From a virus: DNA of 64,000 nt. The translations under genes and the position numbers were made by a program. Location: positions 15,072-79,071 of IMG/VR virus record IMGVR_UViG_3300036781_000230; one strand, 5' to 3'. The notes under the pieces are model-generated. The model ran no database searches, was not told where the DNA came from, and saw only the letters and a list, made by a program, of their open reading frames with translations. Shown piece by piece: positions 1 to 10,115 of this stretch (within the stretch, counting starts at the first letter, position 1; every line of letters begins with the position of its first letter).

Positions 1-2
1 AA

Positions 3-395
3 AATGCTTTAGCTAACGGAACTACTCTTGTTGTATATGAGACTCCTATGATACCTATAGGAGTAATAGCGATGTTCGTTACTCTTGCTGGTGCTTGTGT
101 TATGTGTGCTAGATATCATGAAATGTGGCCTTTTATGATGTCACTGTTTGTAGCTCACTACTGCACTCTCTATATGAGAACCGAAACAGCTTCTCCAAAT
201 GAGACTCCTTCACAGGTTGCTTCTTCTGGTCTTACAAAAGGTATTCTTATACACCGAGCGGCTGGCGATGTTAGTGCTACTTCTCAGTTAATTGCAGGAT
301 ATGAACAATGGGGAGCTTGGACTGAAACTCAGTACGGTGAACAGTTTATAACTATAGGAAGAGCTGTTAATTGTGGTCCAGTATGGGTGCCGTAA
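3..395 (+). CDS. Head-tail connector/adaptor (DUF4054-like), 5'-truncated by window edge
   Basis: Frame open back to position 3; motifs AHYCTL, AGDVS, WTETQYGEQF; first gene of neck module. Confidence 0.75.
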   Translation, partial: NALANGTTLVVYETPMIPIGVIAMFVTLAGACVMCARYHEMWPFMMSLFVAHYCTLYMRTETASPNETPSQVASSGLTKGILIHRAAGDVSATSQLIAGYEQWGAWTETQYGEQFITIGRAVNCGPVWVP

Positions 396-482
396 TGAGA
401 AAAAATCTCGATCTAGACGAACCCAATAACAGCTGGACTGACCGAGAAATTATGGTTTGGGCAGTCAAGAACGGAATAGCAG

Positions 483-1070
483 ATGAAGCCCACAGTATCT
501 GTAAAGAAAACCAGTCAGTCGGCAAAACTTCTGGCCAATCTAAAAGGCCTCACTAGAAAGGCAGTTTATGTAGGTATTCCTACTACTTCAACTAATGATC
601 GAATAGATCAACTTTTAGACATGACTAATAAGTTGAGTGGTACAAATACTCGAAGTAAAAATAAGAAGAAAAAACTTATCACAGCTGCTGTAAAAACTGC
701 AGCAAATCAGGTGAATAACGCAGAACTGCTATATACCTTCAGTAAAGGTTCTCCAGCTAATAAGCAACCTCCTAGACCAGTCATCGAGCCTGCTATTGTA
801 GCTCAAGGAAATAAGGAAGCAATATCTTTTGAATTAGGTCAAGCCACTAAGGCTCAACTATCTGGAGATTTTCCTGAAGCTAAACGTAGATTGAAGAGAG
901 CCGGTATGGCTGGTCAAAATGCCTCTCGTAAATGGTTTACTGATAGTCGAAACAACTGGGCACCTAACGCTCCGAGGACTATTGCGGAAAAAGGTTCTGA
1001 TGTTCCTGGTATAGACACAGCGGCTATGAGAAGAGCTATTATCTACGTTGTAAAGGATGACACACCATGA
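483..1070 (+). CDS. Neck/tail completion protein (HK97 gp10-like)
   Basis: VYVGIP, PPRP, WAPNAPRTIAEKGSDVPGIDT motifs; synteny. Confidence 0.7.
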   Translation: MKPTVSVKKTSQSAKLLANLKGLTRKAVYVGIPTTSTNDRIDQLLDMTNKLSGTNTRSKNKKKKLITAAVKTAANQVNNAELLYTFSKGSPANKQPPRPVIEPAIVAQGNKEAISFELGQATKAQLSGDFPEAKRRLKRAGMAGQNASRKWFTDSRNNWAPNAPRTIAEKGSDVPGIDTAAMRRAIIYVVKDDTP

Positions 1071-1459
1071 GTGAAGTTAGCGATCTTTCAGAGGTAGTGA
1101 ATGATGGGGTTCTATCAGAATCTTATTTTATTCTACGTCAGACGGGTCATTTCGGCTTAGGTGGATGGATCATAGATTCTTCAAGTAATCTTAACGGGTG
1201 GGGAGTAGTTTCAGTAGCCACGGAAGAAGACCTTTTGATGATTACAGAAGGTGATAGAGTTACCGGAATAATGGTCTTTCATTCCGAGAAAAGAATTTAC
1301 GAGACTCAATTAGACACTGCTCCTACTAATTCATCTAGTCTTCAGAAATTTAGCGATATTATGATTTGGAACCATCAACAGTGGAGAGTACTAGCTGTAG
1401 GTCCTTATCCTAACAGAAAATTCTGGAGAGCGTTAGCGGTCAGAATGGCTGGTGTTTAA
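1067..1459 (+). CDS. Head closure/head-tail joining protein
   Basis: DLLMITEGDRV and DIMIWNHQQWRV motifs; position in neck module. Confidence 0.6.
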   Translation: MSEVSDLSEVVNDGVLSESYFILRQTGHFGLGGWIIDSSSNLNGWGVVSVATEEDLLMITEGDRVTGIMVFHSEKRIYETQLDTAPTNSSSLQKFSDIMIWNHQQWRVLAVGPYPNRKFWRALAVRMAGV

Positions 1460-2280
1460 TGTCTATTATAACTTATCCAGACGGTTCACAATTAACATCA
1501 ACCGCTCTAACTGATTCAGAAATACAAACTCTGATGCAGACTATAAGTGCTCAGATGTTAGGAATTATAGTATCTCCATTCACAATAAACATTACAACTA
1601 CTCAAAACAGTAGTGTTTGTTCAGTGGTAAATACTCTTAATCTATATGCTGGAGAACTTGTAGTTTCTGCTGGCATTCCTGAGAATACCTTAATTATAGC
1701 AGTAGATAACGAAGCGAAAACCATTACTTTAAGTAATAGTGCTACTATAACTGGAACTGAAGAAGCTACAATTACAGATCCAAATTGTTATTTTAAAGTA
1801 AGAATCGGGTGGCAAATCGAGGGTCAACCAGGTCCACCCATCGATCAAGATACTGTTACTATATCGGCAGTTACTCTAGACACTGATTACTCTAGAATGC
1901 ACGATATTGTCAGTTCTGAATCTATGGATGGGACGCAGAGCATTCAGACTGATGTATACACTAGAGCGTGGAAGATAAACTGGACATTCTACGGGCCTAG
2001 TTCAGTTGACCACGCCAGAGCAATTAGATCAGCTCTAGTTACTATTCAATTTGTTACTGATTTTCTGTCTACTTCTAATCTGTATGTAAATCCAGACATA
2101 GAAGTACCCAAAAGATTTCCTGAAAATTTCCAGGGAAGATGGTGGGAAAGAGTAGATTTAGAAGTTCAGTTTAATGAACAAATTACTGAAACCTTTACTG
2201 TAGGGACCGTTCAGTCTGTCGAAGTTAAAATGTACACTAAAGACGGGCTACAATCTGATTTTACAGTTACAACGCCATAA
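1459..2280 (+). CDS. Tail terminator/neck protein with inserted beta domain
   Basis: WTFYGP and WWERVDLEVQFN motifs; immediately upstream of sheath. Confidence 0.6.
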   Translation: MSIITYPDGSQLTSTALTDSEIQTLMQTISAQMLGIIVSPFTINITTTQNSSVCSVVNTLNLYAGELVVSAGIPENTLIIAVDNEAKTITLSNSATITGTEEATITDPNCYFKVRIGWQIEGQPGPPIDQDTVTISAVTLDTDYSRMHDIVSSESMDGTQSIQTDVYTRAWKINWTFYGPSSVDHARAIRSALVTIQFVTDFLSTSNLYVNPDIEVPKRFPENFQGRWWERVDLEVQFNEQITETFTVGTVQSVEVKMYTKDGLQSDFTVTTP

Positions 2281-2292
2281 GGAGTTTAAGAT

Positions 2293-3726
2293 ATGGGATC
2301 ATCTACTTTGCCGCTGTCTATTATCGCCGATGTAACTGTAGTGACATCTTCACCTCAGGTAGCGGCTCCGACCTTTAATATAGGTTTGATTATTGGTCCT
2401 TCAACTGCTATTCCATCGTATGGAGCAAATTCAAGAGTTCGTACGTATCTTGCAGCTACGTACTCTACAGCTATGTTAGCTGACGGATTTACTACTGATG
2501 ACCCTGAGTTTATTTGTGCTCAGATTTATTTCAGTCAATCTCCTCAACCTCAGACACTTCAAATTGGTCGTCAAGATTTAACTGCTATTGCTGCTGCTGC
2601 TCCTGCTGCTTCAGAAGGTGGTACAGGATATGTGGTTGGAGATATCGTAGGAGTGACTCAATCGAGTGCCTCTTTCGGTGAGCTTCGAGTATCTACGATT
2701 GGTACCAACGGCGTAGTTACTGCGCTTACTACAGTTGCTGGCAATCAGGGAACGGGTTATTCTGTAGCTTCTGGCTTGGCTACAACTGGAGGTTCCGGTA
2801 CTGGACTTCAGGTAGATATTACCGCTATTGGAGAAACTCCTCTTCAATCTGTTCAAGTTTGCAGAAATGTTAGTGCTTTGTGGTATCCTTGCATGGTTAC
2901 CACCGCTGTCGACGCTGACCACATTGCTATTTCAGCTTGGGTATTGTCTCAAGTCGGTACAATCTACTTTGGTACTTCCTCAGCTGCTACCGTTCCTGCT
3001 GGAACTGCCGGTAATCCTTTTCTTACCATGTATGGCGCTGGCTCTAAGAGAACCTGGATGCAGTGGGCTACGACGCAAAGCGGACTCATCCCAACACAAG
3101 CATATTTTGTTGCTGCGGTCATGGGTCAAGCTATGGCTTCAAACACTCAACTTGCTAATTCTGCTTTCACTGAAAAGTTTAGCGGTGGAGTTCCTCTCGT
3201 CGGAGTATTCGTAGAACCCAATCTAACTACCACTCAGATTGCTAATATCGAAGGACAGAGCACTTCGCTTGGCCCCAATGGAAATCTTTATCTAAATTAC
3301 GGAAATTCATTCAATGTGCTTGAACAAGGCACCATGATGGCTCCCGGAGTTTTCTTTGATCAGATTTTAAATCTCGATATTCTAGCTTCTAACATTCAGT
3401 TTGCTATCATGAATCTTCTGACTTCATCTCCGAAGATTCCTCAAACTGACGCAGGTCAGCAACTCTTGATACAAGCAGTCGAGTCCGCTCTTACGCAGTC
3501 TGCTAACACCGGATTTATTGCTTCGGGAGTTTGGAAAGGACAGAATATCCTCAACCAGATTACTCCTGGTATGGCTCTTCCAACTGGATTTGCAGTAGTA
3601 TCTCCTCTTTATAAGACTCTTACTTCTGCTCAAATCCAAGCTCGTCAAGCGCCTCCTATTTATGTGGCTCTTATCGAAGCTGGAGCTGTTCACTTCGTGA
3701 CTATCGAAGTTCTTGTACAGGTATAA
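2293..3726 (+). CDS. Contractile tail sheath protein (DUF3383-like)
   Basis: YFSQSPQP, KIPQTDAG, ARQAPPIY, AGAVHFVTI motifs; strong AAGGAG RBS. Confidence 0.9.
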   Translation: MGSSTLPLSIIADVTVVTSSPQVAAPTFNIGLIIGPSTAIPSYGANSRVRTYLAATYSTAMLADGFTTDDPEFICAQIYFSQSPQPQTLQIGRQDLTAIAAAAPAASEGGTGYVVGDIVGVTQSSASFGELRVSTIGTNGVVTALTTVAGNQGTGYSVASGLATTGGSGTGLQVDITAIGETPLQSVQVCRNVSALWYPCMVTTAVDADHIAISAWVLSQVGTIYFGTSSAATVPAGTAGNPFLTMYGAGSKRTWMQWATTQSGLIPTQAYFVAAVMGQAMASNTQLANSAFTEKFSGGVPLVGVFVEPNLTTTQIANIEGQSTSLGPNGNLYLNYGNSFNVLEQGTMMAPGVFFDQILNLDILASNIQFAIMNLLTSSPKIPQTDAGQQLLIQAVESALTQSANTGFIASGVWKGQNILNQITPGMALPTGFAVVSPLYKTLTSAQIQARQAPPIYVALIEAGAVHFVTIEVLVQV

Positions 3727-3740
3727 TCTATAAGTCTCAA

Positions 3741-3831
3741 GGGTTATATGCAATTCGAGTATGAATATACATACATATTTGGGTTGCATATGATTCCATG
3801 GGAATCCAGGATATCTTAGTGATGACCCTGG
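3741..3831. repeat. Dispersed element copy A (ATGCAA-N30-TTGCAT with phased right arm)
   Basis: ATGCAA 3748-3753, TTGCAT 3784-3789, then CCATGG/CCAGG/CTTAG/CCCTGG about every 10 bp. Confidence 0.8.
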
Positions 3832-3878
3832 TGAATACTAATCATCATTTTACTGTTCGGTATTTGAAAGGATAACTC

Positions 3879-4322
3879 ATGGCTACAACCTATGCCTTCA
3901 AGAGTGTTGTCGGGGCTTTTGCTGATCCTGACGTTGGAAGTTTCCCTTTTGCAGGACAAGAGGGGGTCAAGCATATTACGATTGGAAATGCTACAGATCG
4001 TACTGTGCACGACACAGCTGCTGATGGTACTGTCATGGTATCCTATGTTTCAGGTGCTTCTGGTTACGCTGAAATTGAATGCCAACAGAATAGCACTCTT
4101 AATCAGTTTTTAGTTAACTGGGCAAATGCTAAGTTTACAGAGAGTGAAAATGGTGGAGCAGCTAATTTTGCTGCCGCTGTTCTTAAACTCGTAGATCTTC
4201 TATCTGGAGCCAACCATACTCTTACAGGAGTGTCTCCTCTGAAGATTCCAGATAAAGCTTATGGTCCTTCAGGAGCTTCTGTTACTTGGCGATTGATGGC
4301 AGCTCAAGTTGTGACTCAGTAG
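3879..4322 (+). CDS. Tail tube protein (DUF3277-like)
   Basis: 147 aa after sheath; TYAF...ADG...QNSTLNQFL...KIPD...W motifs. Confidence 0.85.
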   Translation: MATTYAFKSVVGAFADPDVGSFPFAGQEGVKHITIGNATDRTVHDTAADGTVMVSYVSGASGYAEIECQQNSTLNQFLVNWANAKFTESENGGAANFAAAVLKLVDLLSGANHTLTGVSPLKIPDKAYGPSGASVTWRLMAAQVVTQ

Positions 4323-4355
4323 GTTTAAAATCTTATTATCAAGGAGAATCAAAAA

Positions 4356-4745
4356 GTGGAACCCCGAGTAAATCAAAAGGAAGTTAAGGTAGGAGAACAA
4401 TCTTACTCAATTAAGAAGATGGACCCACGACTAGCTTGCTGGCTTTTCTCAGTCCTAGCAGGAAAAGCTCCCTCAGGGTCTTCTTTGTTGGCTGCCTTGG
4501 GAAACTGCTCCAAATCAGAGTTTGATGAAATTCAAGGTCATGCTCTTCGATTTGTGTTCCACTGTGATCTCCAAGATGGGGTGCTTCTAGAGATTCCTAT
4601 TCTCGGTTCTAATGGAATGTGGGCCATCAAAGAACTTAATGATGATCCATCAAAAGTTTATAAGTTGACTACTGAGAGTATCATGTTCAACATAAATCCT
4701 TTTTTAGAAGGAAACAAGTCGACCGACCAACCGTTGAATCGCTAA
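4356..4745 (+). CDS. Tail assembly chaperone (short form)
   Basis: Between tube and tape measure; ends near slippery site T TTT TTA at 4700-4706. Confidence 0.8.
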   Translation: MEPRVNQKEVKVGEQSYSIKKMDPRLACWLFSVLAGKAPSGSSLLAALGNCSKSEFDEIQGHALRFVFHCDLQDGVLLEIPILGSNGMWAIKELNDDPSKVYKLTTESIMFNINPFLEGNKSTDQPLNR

Positions 4746-4954
4746 ATTCTTTCGGATGGGAACCAGCTTTTTATACTAGTCTAAGTCCAATACTCATGAG
4801 ACCAGTAGAAGCTGGACTGTGGAAACTCCACGAAACATTCGATGGAACTTACATAGTGGATGACTTGTTTGACATCCTAGAAATGATGGATGTAAAGATG
4901 GAGAACGAAGCACGAGCCGAAGAATATAGGAGAAGAAAAGAAAATGTCCGCTAA
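4700..4954 (+). CDS. -1 frameshift extension of tail assembly chaperone (gpGT-like, DUF6889-like)
   Basis: -1 frame open from 4700 to TAA 4952-4954, encoding ...MRPVEAGLWKLHETFDGTYIVDDLFDILEMMDVKMENE... Confidence 0.75.
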   Translation, partial: FFRRKQVDRPTVESLNSFGWEPAFYTSLSPILMRPVEAGLWKLHETFDGTYIVDDLFDILEMMDVKMENEARAEEYRRRKENVR

Positions 4955-6575
4955 CATTCTCGATTCCTATTTAGTAAAACTCGGTGCTGTAGTAGATGGT
5001 AGTTCATGGCAGAAATTTTCTTACACTCTTAGAGACGCTGAGAAAAATGTCTTGTCATTTGCTGGTGGCACCATGCTCAATTTTCTCAAGGTTGAGGCTA
5101 CTATAGTAAGTGCTCTTTCTGCGGCTGGAACAGGAATCATAGCTCTAGCGGATAAAACCGCAATGGCTGATCAACAGTACAGACTCTTTGGTATGAGAAT
5201 GTTAATGACCAAAGAGTCTGCCAGAGCCATGAAAATTGCCCAAGATGAGCTCGGTGCTTCTCTTGATGAAATTGCTTACGATCCAGAACTTAATAAAAGA
5301 TTTCAATATCTCTATGAGCAAAACATAAAGCTCGGTAGAGCTATGGGCGACGGGTTTGACAGTAACATGCGTAGTATTCGTGATATTCGCATGGAATATG
5401 GAAGATTTACCGCCGAATTAGAATTTCTTGCTGGTGGAGCAGTTAGTAAACTTTTCGAAAAATTGGGATTTGGTTCTGGAGATGTTCTCAATAAGCTTAA
5501 TAAGCTTAATGATTGGTTCACAGAAAATCTTCCGGGAATATCAGATCAAGTAGCTAATAAGTTAATTCCAGTTTGGCAAGATTGGGTAGTGGTCGGTAAA
5601 GACCTTAAAAATACAGTTAAGGATGTTGCTGGAGAATTTCAGTTTTTAACTGGAGTAATTACTGGAGATGATTCACTTCAGACTAATACTCTAAATGTTA
5701 AAGACGCCACAAAGGCAGCTTTAGATTGGTTAGATGTACTTGCTGAAATTGCCCTTACTCTTCAACTGATTGCAAAAACAGGTACTCATGCTTTTGCAGC
5801 GGGAACTGAAGGATTAGCATCTTTGATGGCCAGATTTCATGGGAATACAAAAGAAGCAGATAGATTAAACTATCTTTCTCAGCAAGACATGAAAGCCGCT
5901 GTTAATAATGTTGGAGATTATTTCTCAGGTAACGGAGCTAATGGACTTAACAAAGATTTTAGTGGAATCAATGATTTCTTTAAGAAACAAAATGAAAGAA
6001 CTCAAGCAGAAAACACAACAAATCCAAACTTAGCTAATCTAGTAAATCAGGCTGGTAAAAAATACAACATCGATCCTAATCTTCTATCTGCTCTTATCCA
6101 TAAGGAAAGTAATTATAATACCGGTGCGATAAGCAATAAAGGAGCTAAAGGTTTGATGCAGATGATGCCAGGAACAGCTTCTCAATATGGAGTTGATAAT
6201 CCTTTCAATCCTGCTCAGTCTATAGAAGGTGGAACTCACTATCTTTCTGATTTACTTAATAAATATAATGGGAATGTTGAGAAGGCTTTAGCGGCTTACA
6301 ATGCAGGTCCTGGGAATGTTGATAAGTATGGAGGTATTCCTCCGTATAAAGAAACTGAAGACTACGTAAGAACTATCCTGAGAGACTATAGTCGGTACAG
6401 CAATGATGCCCATAGAGAAGGAGAAGCTGTTCATATAGGAACCGTTCACATTCATGTTCCCCATGACCTCCCATCTGATCAGTGGTCTCATTTCGTTAAA
6501 GAATCTATGGTTGATCTTACAAAGACTAACAACGCTAAGACCATGGCACAGACTGCGGGAGGAGCGTTCTTCTAA
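4944..6575 (+). CDS. Tape measure protein with C-terminal lytic transglycosylase (SLT) domain
   Basis: Helical N-terminal region; ALIHKES, GAKGLMQMMP, ALAAYNAG, ETEDYV motifs. Confidence 0.9.
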   Translation: MSANILDSYLVKLGAVVDGSSWQKFSYTLRDAEKNVLSFAGGTMLNFLKVEATIVSALSAAGTGIIALADKTAMADQQYRLFGMRMLMTKESARAMKIAQDELGASLDEIAYDPELNKRFQYLYEQNIKLGRAMGDGFDSNMRSIRDIRMEYGRFTAELEFLAGGAVSKLFEKLGFGSGDVLNKLNKLNDWFTENLPGISDQVANKLIPVWQDWVVVGKDLKNTVKDVAGEFQFLTGVITGDDSLQTNTLNVKDATKAALDWLDVLAEIALTLQLIAKTGTHAFAAGTEGLASLMARFHGNTKEADRLNYLSQQDMKAAVNNVGDYFSGNGANGLNKDFSGINDFFKKQNERTQAENTTNPNLANLVNQAGKKYNIDPNLLSALIHKESNYNTGAISNKGAKGLMQMMPGTASQYGVDNPFNPAQSIEGGTHYLSDLLNKYNGNVEKALAAYNAGPGNVDKYGGIPPYKETEDYVRTILRDYSRYSNDAHREGEAVHIGTVHIHVPHDLPSDQWSHFVKESMVDLTKTNNAKTMAQTAGGAFF

Positions 6576-7363
6576 TGGGATCAGGTATTATTTTTCCGCT
6601 AGGTTCTATAGCAGTAGCTGAAACTGAAGCTATAATAATTTCTAGTGAATATCAGAGTCCTCACGTAACTGTGGCTTCTCAGGGGGCCTGGACTCCTCCT
6701 CAATATTCAAAACCTGCCTTAACTATCTTAACTGTTCCAGCGACTTCAAATACCGCTACTGGCCAACCCTCTACTCCAGCAATTAATTACGTTTTCGATG
6801 CTGTTATGAGACTTAACCACAGCCGATCTCTAGTTAAGACTCAGCATCCTGTTCTTACAGGAGCTAATATCTCAGATCACGCTTATGTTAAACCTAGTGT
6901 AGTGGTCTTAGAAATTGGTATGAGTGATGCGATGAGTTCATTTAGTGCTGGAGTGTGGGTAGGGGCAGCCACCAAGAGTGTTTCAGCTTGGCAAATTCTC
7001 AAACAACTTCAGGTTAGCAGAACTCTTCTAACTCTTACAACTAGATTAGATACGTATTCTAATATGCTGATCGAGAATTTAACTTCTCCAGACGATAATA
7101 AAACTCTTCATGGTTTGAGAGCGACCGTGACTTTGGGAGAAATTCTTTCAGCTAGTGTATCTTCTGTTCCTAATGTTAGTGCCAGACCTCAAACATCTGG
7201 TAGTTCTTCTGGTGGAACTATTCAATCTGTTCCTCCTAATCCATCGCAGACTGAGCAGAATGTCATTCCATCTACGCTATGGCCTAACACTCCATTATTT
7301 CCATCAGTCCCAGGCGCTGGATTAGTCAGTAGCAACAGTCTGGGACAAGTCCCGACGGAGTAA
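6575..7363 (+). CDS. Baseplate/tail tube initiator (Dit-like)
   Basis: FDAV...H...TQHPV..GANISDHAY motif; follows tape measure. Confidence 0.75.
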   Translation: MGSGIIFPLGSIAVAETEAIIISSEYQSPHVTVASQGAWTPPQYSKPALTILTVPATSNTATGQPSTPAINYVFDAVMRLNHSRSLVKTQHPVLTGANISDHAYVKPSVVVLEIGMSDAMSSFSAGVWVGAATKSVSAWQILKQLQVSRTLLTLTTRLDTYSNMLIENLTSPDDNKTLHGLRATVTLGEILSASVSSVPNVSARPQTSGSSSGGTIQSVPPNPSQTEQNVIPSTLWPNTPLFPSVPGAGLVSSNSLGQVPTE

Positions 7364-7366
7364 GTC

Positions 7367-7792
7367 ATGAGTTTACAGCTTATACCTCTTACTAATTCTC
7401 CAAATCAACAATTCACGGTGTTACTACAGGTTGACGGAACTCCATTAACTTTAAATTTAACTATTAAATTTAATGAGATGTCTGGCTACTGGATACTTTC
7501 TATTTCAGATGTGAATAATAATCTACTAGTAGATTCTGTTCCAATGATATGCGGTAGTTATCCAGCAGCTAATCTTCTTCAACAACAAAGATACTTGAAT
7601 ATTGGTAGTTGGTATATAATCAACGTAGCTAACGGAACCCCAACTGGGGGTTCTGGAATAGGCTATGGTCAAGGTGGATATGGTCAAGGACCGTACGGCG
7701 GACAAGCCGGCCAAGGTGGAGAAGACTATCCAGATGCGAGTAATTTAGGAACTGATTTCCAACTATGGGTGGATGATACTCCTAATATTTAG
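7367..7792 (+). CDS. Baseplate plug-type protein
   Basis: IPLTNSPNQQF, NLLQQQRYLNIG, NLGTDFQLW motifs. Confidence 0.7.
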   Translation: MSLQLIPLTNSPNQQFTVLLQVDGTPLTLNLTIKFNEMSGYWILSISDVNNNLLVDSVPMICGSYPAANLLQQQRYLNIGSWYIINVANGTPTGGSGIGYGQGGYGQGPYGGQAGQGGEDYPDASNLGTDFQLWVDDTPNI

Positions 7793-7795
7793 ATT

Positions 7796-7887
7796 AGGTT
7801 TTATATGCAAATAATGACTAAGTGTATTATCATGAATAATTTGCATATAATTCCTGACGCAACCTGGATTAACTAGAGAATGACTCC
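7796..7887. repeat. Dispersed element copy B
   Basis: TTATATGCAA 7801-7810, N30, TTGCATATAA 7841-7850, then CCTGA/CCTGG/CTAG at 10-bp steps. Confidence 0.8.
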
Positions 7888-8988
7888 ATGAGCACTCAAT
7901 CAACTACACCATTCTTCGGAAGAGCATATTCACTAACTATTACTCCAAATCAAGGTCCATCAGCAGGAACTCCCATAGTTATTACGAGTGACTCTTTTGA
8001 ACCCAATGCCTTAAGGGTAACTTTTGATATAGTTCAATACGCTTTCTCAGCTTTCTGGGCAGCAGAAATAAACATCTGGAATGCTGATGGACCTATATCA
8101 ACTGGACCTTCTGCAGGAGTTGATTTGTACCAAGCTGTGATTCAAGAAGGTGACATAGTAACTTTAGCAGCTGGATATCAAGCTGACTATCCTTATCCTT
8201 CTGTTCCTCCAGCTATTTTTACTGGTCCAGTATTTTATACTATTCAAGATAGACTAGATGTCGTAGACAGAAGACTCACCATTCACTGTCTCTTGAATAG
8301 AGCACTAACTACTCAAAATTTTCTCAACGCTACTTTACCTGCTCTATCTACTCAGTTTACTCAAGCTCAGTTTATAGCCAGTCAGGCTCTCAATAAGATT
8401 GGATTGAATAATTCTCAGGTTCAGTCGGTTATAAATTCAGCTACTCCTCAAAGAGGAGCTAATAGATTACCTAGAGGAAAATCTTACTTTGGTAATCCTC
8501 ATCCTTATCTTAATGCGTTAGCTGACCAAAATAACCTATTATCGTGGTTTGATAATAAAGGATGGAATGTAGACTCTCTACAGCAACCTCTAGGAAATTT
8601 AGTAGCTACTTATGCTCCTATAGTTCCTCAAGGTGGACCTCCAGCTAAAGTTGGTGGAGTAACTCTGAGTCTCATAGGACAGCCTCAACAGACTCAACTA
8701 GGAGTGAATTTTAGAGTTTTACTAGATCCTAATGTTCAAATAACTGCGCCACTTCCTCAAGTGGCTGTTCAAAAACAGTTTATTAGACAGGCTCCTATTG
8801 CCTATCCATTACCCGTAGGACAGGGACCGCCGGTTCCTATTGTTGATAAGTATGCTGTAGTTGGAATTCGTTTTATCGGAGACACTAGGGGAAATACCTG
8901 GTACTCAGAAATTACTGGAATAGCTCAAATTCAGCAAGCTATTCAACTTCTTGGTCAAAGTCTTCAAGCCGACGCTACGGGGAATTAG
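7888..8988 (+). CDS. Baseplate hub protein
   Basis: LRVTFDI, AEINIWN, LAAGY, LIGQPQ, GDTRGNTWYS motifs. Confidence 0.8.
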   Translation: MSTQSTTPFFGRAYSLTITPNQGPSAGTPIVITSDSFEPNALRVTFDIVQYAFSAFWAAEINIWNADGPISTGPSAGVDLYQAVIQEGDIVTLAAGYQADYPYPSVPPAIFTGPVFYTIQDRLDVVDRRLTIHCLLNRALTTQNFLNATLPALSTQFTQAQFIASQALNKIGLNNSQVQSVINSATPQRGANRLPRGKSYFGNPHPYLNALADQNNLLSWFDNKGWNVDSLQQPLGNLVATYAPIVPQGGPPAKVGGVTLSLIGQPQQTQLGVNFRVLLDPNVQITAPLPQVAVQKQFIRQAPIAYPLPVGQGPPVPIVDKYAVVGIRFIGDTRGNTWYSEITGIAQIQQAIQLLGQSLQADATGN

Positions 8989-8992
8989 AAAA

Positions 8993-9703
8993 ATGCTATC
9001 AATTCAAGAGAGACTGGGACTACATACAGAACCTATTGCTGGGGCTGCCTGGCAATGGGCTTGTATGTTACGCTGCGCAGTTCCTGGAATTGTAGAATCT
9101 TTCGATCCAGTTAAACAAACTTGTGTAGTTCAGCCAGCCATTCAGGAAATGGTTCTTTTACCGCCTCCACCAACTCAACAAGTCACTAATCCTGGAAATA
9201 CTCAGAACATTCCCACATCAGTAACAATTGAACCTATTCAAGATGTTCCTATCATGATGATGAGAGTTCCTGGTTGGTCGATGACTTTTCCAATCACTAA
9301 AGGAACAGAGTGTCTTCTGATATTTTCTGATATGTGTATCGACGGTTGGTGGCAGAACGGTGGAATCAACCCCCAGTATGATCGCCGTAGACACGATCTT
9401 TCCGACGCTTTTGCGTGGTTTGGCCCATGGTCTCAACCGAATGTCTTATCAAATTATTCTACCAGTTCTGTTCAAATAAGATCAGATGATCAGACTGTAG
9501 TTATAGACTTAGCTTCTAGCACTATTACAGTTACTGCTCCTAGTGTAGAAATTAAAGCTCAAGGCGGAACAGCTAAACCGGTTCTCACTAAAGATTTATA
9601 TGACTGGGTGATCTCTACTTTATTGCCTGCTTTAGCTTCCCATAGCATTACAGTAACCCCTCCTCCAATTACTTCACTCACAACTATATTAGAGGCTGAG
9701 TAA
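8993..9703 (+). CDS. Baseplate central spike (Gp138 N-terminal-like)
   Basis: PGIVESFDP, DVP, FPITKGTECLLIFSDMCIDGWW, RRHDLSDAF; ATG 8993 preferred over the track start 8951. Confidence 0.85.
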   Translation: MLSIQERLGLHTEPIAGAAWQWACMLRCAVPGIVESFDPVKQTCVVQPAIQEMVLLPPPPTQQVTNPGNTQNIPTSVTIEPIQDVPIMMMRVPGWSMTFPITKGTECLLIFSDMCIDGWWQNGGINPQYDRRRHDLSDAFAWFGPWSQPNVLSNYSTSSVQIRSDDQTVVIDLASSTITVTAPSVEIKAQGGTAKPVLTKDLYDWVISTLLPALASHSITVTPPPITSLTTILEAE

Positions 9704-10104
9704 TGGCAACTATAACTGTAAGAAAATTAGATCCAGTTACTTGGGAACCTCAATTTGGTAACGGTCAAGAGAACTTCATCTCGGATCTAGAGGCTGTAAC
9801 TCAAATTATAGCTACTAGATTAAAATTATTTCAGGGAGAATGGTTTCTTAATCTAGAAGACGGATTACCTCTGTTTCAATCTATCTTAGGTTCTTCGGGT
9901 AGTCAGAGAAATATCACAGTCATTACCAACTTGATAGCAGCTAGAATTTTGGGAACTCCTTATGTTACGGCTATAGTTTCTATTACAGCTACCTATCAAA
10001 ATAGAAAATTTGTGTTTAGTGCAACGGTGGCTACTCAGTTTGGAGTTGTAACAGTGAGCAATTCTCCTGGAACCTCTGCTATTCTGACGAGTCCATCCTC
10101 CTAG
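9703..10104 (+). CDS. Baseplate wedge/sheath initiator (gp25-like)
   Basis: TRLKLFQGEWFLNLEDG motif. Confidence 0.8.
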   Translation: MATITVRKLDPVTWEPQFGNGQENFISDLEAVTQIIATRLKLFQGEWFLNLEDGLPLFQSILGSSGSQRNITVITNLIAARILGTPYVTAIVSITATYQNRKFVFSATVATQFGVVTVSNSPGTSAILTSPSS

Positions 10105-10115
10105 AAAGGGCTCTG

